64,000 bases of DNA from the NCBI GenBank assembly GCA_964016885.1, contig OZ024749.1, forward strand, positions 496,001-560,000, in the 5' to 3' direction. Made by a program: the position numbers and the translations under genes. The notes under the pieces are model-generated. The model did not search any database. It was given only the letters and a program-made list of their open reading frames with translations, and had not been told where the DNA came from. Positions 53,884 to 64,000 of this stretch are shown piece by piece. The stretch's first letter is position 1, and every line of letters begins with the position of its first letter. This DNA comes from Eledone cirrhosa. Its lineage: Eukaryota.

Positions 53884-56800
53884 CTCGAAGATTTGCGTAA
53901 AACTTAGCAAGTTTAACAAATTATATTTAAAGGAATATATAATGGTGAAATTAGGACATAGAAGTGATTGAATGAATGGGTTCGGATGGAGAGAAGGATC
54001 GAGAAAGAAATTGGGCATAATTTAACAATAAACGAAAATACAAGATTTGTTTTGTTTAAGAAATTACGATAGAGAAAATGCGGTGGTAGGGGAAGTATGA
54101 TTTTTAGAGAAAAGATATGATATATAGATATGATATATAATGGTGAAAATATGATATAGTGTGAAATTAGGACATAGAAGTGATTGAATGAATGGGTTCG
54201 GATGGAGAGAAGGATCGAGAAAGAAATTGGGCATAATTTAACAATAAACGAAAATACAAGATTTGTTTTGTTTAAGAAATTACGATAGAGAAAATGCGGT
54301 GGTAGGGGAAGTATGATTTTTAGAGAAAAGATATGATATATAATGGTGAAAATATGATATAGTGTGAAATTAGGACATAGAAGTGATTGAATGAATGGGT
54401 TCGGATGGAGAGAAGGATCGAGAAAGAAATTGGGCATAATTTAACAATAAACGAAAATACAAGATTTGTTTTGTTTAAGAAATTACGATAGAGAAAATGC
54501 GGTGGTAGGGGAAGTATGATTTTTAGAGAAAAGATATGATATATAATGGTGAAAATATGATATAGTGTGAAATTAGGACATAGAAGTGATTGAATGAATG
54601 GGTTCGGATGGAGAGAAGGATCGAGAAAGAAATTGGGCATAATTTAACAATAAACGAAAATACAAGATTTGTTTTGTTTAAGAAATTACGATAGAGAAAA
54701 TGCGGTGGTAGGGGAAGTATGATTTTTAGAGAAAAGATATGATATATAATGGTGAAAATATGATATAGTGTGAAATTAGGACATAGAAGTGATTGAATGA
54801 ATGGGTTCGGATGGAGAGAAGGATCGAGAAAAATTTGAACGTTACTTTATACCGAAGGGAACAGCCATCCCAGAAATAGCGAGTTGGCGATTTTGATTAA
54901 TTTTGGTAGGGTTTTATCTTATATGTATAGAGAGGGAGGGGGGGGGGGAGGCAGGAACCAGCATGATGAATGGGTAGGGGGTTGAATATGGGATGGAGCA
55001 GAGGTTAAAAGTTTAAATAGGTACTCGAAGATTTGCGTAAAACTTAGCAAGTTTAACAAATTATATTTAAAGGAATATATAATGGTGAAATTAGGACATA
55101 GAAGTGATTGAATGAATGGGTTCGGATGGAGAGAAGGATCGAGAAAGAAATTGGGCATAATTTAACAATAAACGAAAATACAAGATTTGTTTTGTTTAAG
55201 AAATTACGATAGAGAAAATGCGGTGGTAGGGGAAGTATGATTTTTAGAGAAAAGATATGATATATAGATATGATATATAATGGTGAAAATATGATATAGT
55301 GTGAAATTAGGACATAGAAGTGATTGAATGAATGGGTTCGGATGGAGAGAAGGATCGAGAAAGAAATTGGGCATAATTTAACAATAAACGAAAATACAAG
55401 ATTTGTTTTGTTTAAGAAATTACGATAGAGAAAATGCGGTGGTAGGGGAAGTATGATTTTTAGAGTAAAGATATGATATATAATGGTGAAAATATGATAT
55501 AGTGTGAAATTAGGACATAGAAGTGATTGAATGAATGGGTTCGGATGGAGAGAAGGATCGAGAAAGAAATTGGGCATAATTTAACAATAAACGAAAATAC
55601 AAGATTTGTTTTGTTTAAGAAATTACGATAGAGAAAATGCGGTGGTAGGGGAAGTATGATTTTTAGAGAAAAGATATGATATATAATGGTGAAAATATGA
55701 TATAGTGTGAAATTAGGACATAGAAGTGATTGAATGAATGGGTTCGGATGGAGAGAAGGATCGAGAAAGAAATTGGGCATAATTTAACAATAAACGAAAA
55801 TACAAGATTTGTTTTGTTTAAGAAATTACGATAGAGAAAATGCGGTGGTAGGGGAAGTATGATTTTTAGAGAAAAGATATGATATATAATGGTGAAAATA
55901 TGATATAGTGTGAAATTAGGACATAGAAGTGATTGAATGAATGGGTTCGGATGGAGAGAAGGATCGAGAAAAATTTGAACGTTACTTTATACCGAAGGGA
56001 ACAGCCATCCCAGAAATAGCGAGTTGGCGATTTTGATTAATTTTGGTAGGGTTTTATCTTATATGTATAGAGAGGGAGGGGGGGGGGGGGCAGGAACCAG
56101 CATGATGAATGGGTAGGGGGTTGAATATGGGATGGAGCAGAGGTTAAAAGTTTAAATAGGTACTCGAAGATTTGCGTAAAACTTAGCAAGTTTAACAAAT
56201 TATATTTAAAGGAATATATAATGGTGAAATTAGGACATAGAAGTGATTGAATGAATGGGTTCGGATGGAGAGAAGGATCGAGAAAGAAATTGGGCATAAT
56301 TTAACAATAAACGAAAATACAAGATTTGTTTTGTTTAAGAAATTACGATAGAGAAAATGCGGTGGTAGGGGAAGTATGATTTTTAGAGAAAAGATATGAT
56401 ATATAATGGTGAAAATATGATATAGTGTGAAATTAGGACATAGAAGTGATTGAATGAATGGGTTCGGATGGAGAGAAGGATCGAGAAAGAAATTGGGCAT
56501 AATTTAACAATAAACGAAAATACAAGATTTGTTTTGTTTAAGAAATTACGATAGAGAAAATGCGGTGGTAGGGGAAGTATGATTTTTAGAGAAAAGATAT
56601 GATATATAATGGTGAAAATATGATATAGTGTGAAATTAGGACATAGAAGTGATTGAATGAATGGGTTCGGATGGAGAGAAGGATCGAGAAAGAAATTGGG
56701 CATAATTTAACAATAAACGAAAATACAAGATTTGTTTTGTTTAAGAAATTACGATAGAGAAAATGCGGTGGTAGGGGAAGTATGATTTTTAGAGAAAAGA

Positions 56801-59800
56801 TATGATATATAATGGTGAAAATATGATATAGTGTGAAATTAGGACATAGAAGTGATTGAATGAATGGGTTCGGATGGAGAGAAGGATCGAGAAAAATTTG
56901 AACGTTACTTTATACCGAAGGGAACAGCCATCCCAGAAATAGCGAGTTGGCGATTTTGATTAATTTTGGTAGGGTTTTATCTTATATGTATAGAGAGGGA
57001 GGGGGGGGAGGCAGGAACCAGCATGATGAATGGGTAGGGGGTTGAATATGGGATGGAGCAGAGGTTAAAAGTTTAAATAGGTACTCGAAGATTTGCGTAA
57101 AACTTAGCAAGTTTAACAAATTATATTTAAAGGAATATATAATGGTGAAATTAGGACATAGAAGTGATTGAATGAATGGGTTCGGATGGAGAGAAGGATC
57201 GAGAAAGAAATTGGGCATAATTTAACAATAAACGAAAATACAAGATTTGTTTTGTTTAAGAAATTACGATAGAGAAAATGCGGTGGTAGGGGAAGTATGA
57301 TTTTTAGAGAAAAGATATGATATATAGATATGATATATAATGGTGAAAATATGATATAGTGTGAAATTAGGACATAGAAGTGATTGAATGAATGGGTTCG
57401 GATGGAGAGAAGGATCGAGAAAGAAATTGGGCATAATTTAACAATAAACGAAAATACAAGATTTGTTTTGTTTAAGAAATTACGATAGAGAAAATGCGGT
57501 GGTAGGGGAAGTATGATTTTTAGAGAAAAGATATGATATATAATGGTGAAAATATGATATAGTGTGAAATTAGGACATAGAAGTGATTGAATGAATGGGT
57601 TCGGATGGAGAGAAGGATCGAGAAAGAAATTGGGCATAATTTAACAATAAACGAAAATACAAGATTTGTTTTGTTTAAGAAATTACGATAGAGAAAATGC
57701 GGTGGTAGGGGAAGTATGATTTTTAGAGAAAAGATATGATATATAATGGTGAAAATATGATATAGTGTGAAATTAGGACATAGAAGTGATTGAATGAATG
57801 GGTTCGGATGGAGAGAAGGATCGAGAAAAATTTGAACGTTACTTTATACCGAAGGGAACAGCCATCCCAGAAATAGCGAGTTGGCGATTTTGATTAATTT
57901 TGGTAGGGTTTTATCTTATATGTATAGAGAGGGAGGGGGGGGAGGCAGGAACCAGCATGATGAATGGGTAGGGGGTTGAATATGGGATGGAGCAGAGGTT
58001 AAAAGTTTAAATAGGTACTCGAAGATTTGCGTAAAACTTAGCAAGTTTAACAAATTATATTTAAAGGAATATATAATGGTGAAATTAGGACATAGAAGTG
58101 ATTGAATGAATGGGTTCGGATGGAGAGAAGGATCGAGAAAGAAATTGGGCATAATTTAACAATAAACGAAAATACAAGATTTGTTTTGTTTAAGAAATTA
58201 CGATAGAGAAAATGCGGTGGTAGGGGAAGTATGATTTTTAGAGAAAAGATATGATATATAGATATGATATATAATGGTGAAAATATGATATAGTGTGAAA
58301 TTAGGACATAGAAGTGATTGAATGAATGGGTTCGGATGGAGAGAAGGATCGAGAAAGAAATTGGGCATAATTTAACAATAAACGAAAATACAAGATTTGT
58401 TTTGTTTAAGAAATTACGATAGAGAAAATGCGGTGGTAGGGGAAGTATGATTTTTAGAGAAAAGATATGATATATAATGGTGAAAATATGATATAGTGTG
58501 AAATTAGGACATAGAAGTGATTGAATGAATGGGTTCGGATGGAGAGAAGGATCGAGAAAGAAATTGGGCATAATTTAACAATAAACGAAAATACAAGATT
58601 TGTTTTGTTTAAGAAATTACGATAGAGAAAATGCGGTGGTAGGGGAAGTATGATTTTTAGAGAAAAGATATGATATATAATGGTGAAAATATGATATAGT
58701 GTGAAATTAGGACATAGAAGTGATTGAATGAATGGGTTCGGATGGAGAGAAGGATCGAGAAAGAAATTGGGCATAATTTAACAATAAACGAAAATACAAG
58801 ATTTGTTTTGTTTAAGAAATTACGATAGAGAAAATGCGGTGGTAGGGGAAGTATGATTTTTAGAGAAAAGATATGATATATAATGGTGAAAATATGATAT
58901 AGTGTGAAATTAGGACATAGAAGTGATTGAATGAATGGGTTCGGATGGAGAGAAGGATCGAGAAAAATTTGAACGTTACTTTATACCGAAGGGAACAGCC
59001 ATCCCAGAAATAGCGAGTTGGCGATTTTGATTAATTTTGGTAGGGTTTTATCTTATATGTATAGAGAGGGAGGGGGGGGGGGGGGGGCAGGAACCAGCAT
59101 GATGAATGGGTAGGGGGTTGAATATGGGATGGAGCAGAGGTTAAAAGTTTAAATAGGTACTCGAAGATTTGCGTAAAACTTAGCAAGTTTAACAAATTAT
59201 ATTTAAAGGAATATATAATGGTGAAATTAGGACATAGAAGTGATTGAATGAATGGGTTCGGATGGAGAGAAGGATCGAGAAAGAAATTGGGCATAATTTA
59301 ACAATAAACGAAAATACAAGATTTGTTTTGTTTAAGAAATTACGATAGAGAAAATGCGGTGGTAGGGGAAGTATGATTTTTAGAGAAAAGATATGATATA
59401 TAATGGTGAAAATATGATATAGTGTGAAATTAGGACATAGAAGTGATTGAATGAATGGGTTCGGATGGAGAGAAGGATCGAGAAAGAAATTGGGCATAAT
59501 TTAACAATAAACGAAAATACAAGATTTGTTTTGTTTAAGAAATTACGATAGAGAAAATGCGGTGGTAGGGGAAGTATGATTTTTAGAGAAAAGATATGAT
59601 ATATAATGGTGAAAATATGATATAGTGTGAAATTAGGACATAGAAGTGATTGAATGAATGGGTTCGGATGGAGAGAAGGATCGAGAAAGAAATTGGGCAT
59701 AATTTAACAATAAACGAAAATACAAGATTTGTTTTGTTTAAGAAATTACGATAGAGAAAATGCGGTGGTAGGGGAAGTATGATTTTTAGAGAAAAGATAT

Positions 59801-62800
59801 GATATATAATGGTGAAAATATGATATAGTGTGAAATTAGGACATAGAAGTGATTGAATGAATGGGTTCGGATGGAGAGAAGGATCGAGAAAAATTTGAAC
59901 GTTACTTTATACCGAAGGGAACAGCCATCCCAGAAATAGCGAGTTGGCGATTTTGATTAATTTTGGTAGGGTTTTATCTTATATGTATAGAGAGGGAGGG
60001 GGGGGAGGCAGGAACCAGCATGATGAATGGGTAGGGGGTTGAATATGGGATGGAGCAGAGGTTAAAAGTTTAAATAGGTACTCGAAGATTTGCGTAAAAC
60101 TTAGCAAGTTTAACAAATTATATTTAAAGGAATATATAATGGTGAAATTAGGACATAGAAGTGATTGAATGAATGGGTTCGGATGGAGAGAAGGATCGAG
60201 AAAGAAATTGGGCATAATTTAACAATAAACGAAAATACAAGATTTGTTTTGTTTAAGAAATTACGATAGAGAAAATGCGGTGGTAGGGGAAGTATGATTT
60301 TTAGAGAAAAGATATGATATATAGATATGATATATAATGGTGAAAATATGATATAGTGTGAAATTAGGACATAGAAGTGATTGAATGAATGGGTTCGGAT
60401 GGAGAGAAGGATCGAGAAAGAAATTGGGCATAATTTAACAATAAACGAAAATACAAGATTTGTTTTGTTTAAGAAATTACGATAGAGAAAATGCGGTGGT
60501 AGGGGAAGTATGATTTTTAGAGAAAAGATATGATATATAATGGTGAAAATATGATATAGTGTGAAATTAGGACATAGAAGTGATTGAATGAATGGGTTCG
60601 GATGGAGAGAAGGATCGAGAAAGAAATTGGGCATAATTTAACAATAAACGAAAATACAAGATTTGTTTTGTTTAAGAAATTACGATAGAGAAAATGCGGT
60701 GGTAGGGGAAGTATGATTTTTAGAGAAAAGATATGATATATAATGGTGAAAATATGATATAGTGTGAAATTAGGACATAGAAGTGATTGAATGAATGGGT
60801 TCGGATGGAGAGAAGGATCGAGAAAAATTTGAACGTTACTTTATACCGAAGGGAACAGCCATCCCAGAAATAGCGAGTTGGCGATTTTGATTAATTTTGG
60901 TAGGGTTTTATCTTATATGTATAGAGAGGGAGGGGGGGGAGGCAGGAACCAGCATGATGAATGGGTAGGGGGTTGAATATGGGATGGAGCAGAGGTTAAA
61001 AGTTTAAATAGGTACTCGAAGATTTGCGTAAAACTTAGCAAGTTTAACAAATTATATTTAAAGGAATATATAATGGTGAAATTAGGACATAGAAGTGATT
61101 GAATGAATGGGTTCGGATGGAGAGAAGGATCGAGAAAGAAATTGGGCATAATTTAACAATAAACGAAAATACAAGATTTGTTTTGTTTAAGAAATTACGA
61201 TAGAGAAAATGCGGTGGTAGGGGAAGTATGATTTTTAGAGAAAAGATATGATATATAGATATGATATATAATGGTGAAAATATGATATAGTGTGAAATTA
61301 GGACATAGAAGTGATTGAATGAATGGGTTCGGATGGAGAGAAGGATCGAGAAAGAAATTGGGCATAATTTAACAATAAACGAAAATACAAGATTTGTTTT
61401 GTTTAAGAAATTACGATAGAGAAAATGCGGTGGTAGGGGAAGTATGATTTTTAGAGAAAAGATATGATATATAATGGTGAAAATATGATATAGTGTGAAA
61501 TTAGGACATAGAAGTGATTGAATGAATGGGTTCGGATGGAGAGAAGGATCGAGAAAGAAATTGGGCATAATTTAACAATAAACGAAAATACAAGATTTGT
61601 TTTGTTTAAGAAATTACGATAGAGAAAATGCGGTGGTAGGGGAAGTATGATTTTTAGAGAAAAGATATGATATATAATGGTGAAAATATGATATAGTGTG
61701 AAATTAGGACATAGAAGTGATTGAATGAATGGGTTCGGATGGAGAGAAGGATCGAGAAAGAAATTGGGCATAATTTAACAATAAACGAAAATACAAGATT
61801 TGTTTTGTTTAAGAAATTACGATAGAGAAAATGCGGTGGTAGGGGAAGTATGATTTTTAGAGAAAAGATATGATATATAATGGTGAAAATATGATATAGT
61901 GTGAAATTAGGACATAGAAGTGATTGAATGAATGGGTTCGGATGGAGAGAAGGATCGAGAAAAATTTGAACGTTACTTTATACCGAAGGGAACAGCCATC
62001 CCAGAAATAGCGAGTTGGCGATTTTGATTAATTTTGGTAGGGTTTTATCTTATATGTATAGAGAGGGAGGGGGGGGAGGCAGGAACCAGCATGATGAATG
62101 GGTAGGGGGTTGAATATGGGATGGAGCAGAGGTTAAAAGTTTAAATAGGTACTCGAAGATTTGCGTAAAACTTAGCAAGTTTAACAAATTATATTTAAAG
62201 GAATATATAATGGTGAAATTAGGACATAGAAGTGATTGAATGAATGGGTTCGGATGGAGAGAAGGATCGAGAAAGAAATTGGGCATAATTTAACAATAAA
62301 CGAAAATACAAGATTTGTTTTGTTTAAGAAATTACGATAGAGAAAATGCGGTGGTAGGGGAAGTATGATTTTTAGAGAAAAGATATGATATATAGATATG
62401 ATATATAATGGTGAAAATATGATATAGTGTGAAATTAGGACATAGAAGTGATTGAATGAATGGGTTCGGATGGAGAGAAGGATCGAGAAAGAAATTGGGC
62501 ATAATTTAACAATAAACGAAAATACAAGATTTGTTTTGTTTAAGAAATTACGATAGAGAAAATGCGGTGGTAGGGGAAGTATGATTTTTAGAGAAAAGAT
62601 ATGATATATAATGGTGAAAATATGATATAGTGTGAAATTAGGACATAGAAGTGATTGAATGAATGGGTTCGGATGGAGAGAAGGATCGAGAAAGAAATTG
62701 GGCATAATTTAACAATAAACGAAAATACAAGATTTGTTTTGTTTAAGAAATTACGATAGAGAAAATGCGGTGGTAGGGGAAGTATGATTTTTAGAGAAAA

Positions 62801-64000
62801 GATATGATATATAATGGTGAAAATATGATATAGTGTGAAATTAGGACATAGAAGTGATTGAATGAATGGGTTCGGATGGAGAGAAGGATCGAGAAAGAAA
62901 TTGGGCATAATTTAACAATAAACGAAAATACAAGATTTGTTTTGTTTAAGAAATTACGATAGAGAAAATGCGGTGGTAGGGGAAGTATGATTTTTAGAGA
63001 AAAGATATGATATATAATGGTGAAAATATGATATAGTGTGAAATTAGGACATAGAAGTGATTGAATGAATGGGTTCGGATGGAGAGAAGGATCGAGAAAA
63101 ATTTGAACGTTACTTTATACCGAAGGGAACAGCCATCCCAGAAATAGCGAGTTGGCGATTTTGATTAATTTTGGTAGGGTTTTATCTTATATGTATAGAG
63201 AGGGAGGGGGGGGGAGGCAGGAACCAGCATGATGAATGGGTAGGGGGTTGAATATGGGATGGAGCAGAGGTTAAAAGTTTAAATAGGTACTCGAAGATTT
63301 GCGTAAAACTTAGCAAGTTTAACAAATTATATTTAAAGGAATATATAATGGTGAAATTAGGACATAGAAGTGATTGAATGAATGGGTTCGGATGGAGAGA
63401 AGGATCGAGAAAGAAATTGGGCATAATTTAACAATAAACGAAAATACAAGATTTGTTTTGTTTAAGAAATTACGATAGAGAAAATGCGGTGGTAGGGGAA
63501 GTATGATTTTTAGAGAAAAGATATGATATATAGATATGATATATAATGGTGAAAATATGATATAGTGTGAAATTAGGACATAGAAGTGATTGAATGAATG
63601 GGTTCGGATGGAGAGAAGGATCGAGAAAGAAATTGGGCATAATTTAACAATAAACGAAAATACAAGATTTGTTTTGTTTAAGAAATTACGATAGAGAAAA
63701 TGCGGTGGTAGGGGAAGTATGATTTTTAGAGAAAAGATATGATATATAATGGTGAAAATATGATATAGTGTGAAATTAGGACATAGAAGTGATTGAATGA
63801 ATGGGTTCGGATGGAGAGAAGGATCGAGAAAGAAATTGGGCATAATTTAACAATAAACGAAAATACAAGATTTGTTTTGTTTAAGAAATTACGATAGAGA
63901 AAATGCGGTGGTAGGGGAAGTATGATTTTTAGAGAAAAGATATGATATATAATGGTGAAAATATGATATAGTGTGAAATTAGGACATAGAAGTGATTGAA
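53884..64000. repeat. Higher-order satellite: 203-bp subrepeats plus a ~250-bp unique block per 0.92-1.14 kb unit
   Basis: Marker CTCGAAGATTTGCG at 53884, 55024, 56163, 57084, 58018, 59160, 60081, 61015, 62152 and 63290. Confidence 0.97.

Noticed and set aside
53671-63843. Repeated 78-174 aa ORFs (MPNFFLDPS...)
   Set aside because: Translations of the 203-bp satellite. The unit is not a multiple of 3 and no domain is recognisable.

Overview
AT-rich eukaryotic, repeat-dominated DNA with no intact host gene. The SINE and RTE types, the (TA)n density and decayed HTGEK-type C2H2 arrays suggest a cephalopod (Octopus-like) genome; this is an inference. 1-19.3 kb is a mosaic of degenerate RTE-clade LINEs, tRNA-derived SINEs, a mariner 3' fragment, a probable non-autonomous Helitron, two C2H2 zinc-finger relics and a 38-bp minisatellite. 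19.3-36.2 kb is a 31-bp minisatellite (~545 units). 39.7-50.9 kb holds the most unusual signal: a cluster of type I hammerhead ribozyme (HHR) motifs of the minimal, Penelope-associated kind. Several sit as divergent pairs inside near-perfect 265-416 bp palindromes, so both strands encode a ribozyme motif. After a 200-N gap, 53.9-64 kb is a hierarchical satellite (203-bp subunit, 0.92-1.14 kb units, local 2997-bp super-period). Nearly all listed ORFs are repeat artefacts or transposon fragments. All structures were paired by eye; no folding or database search was run.
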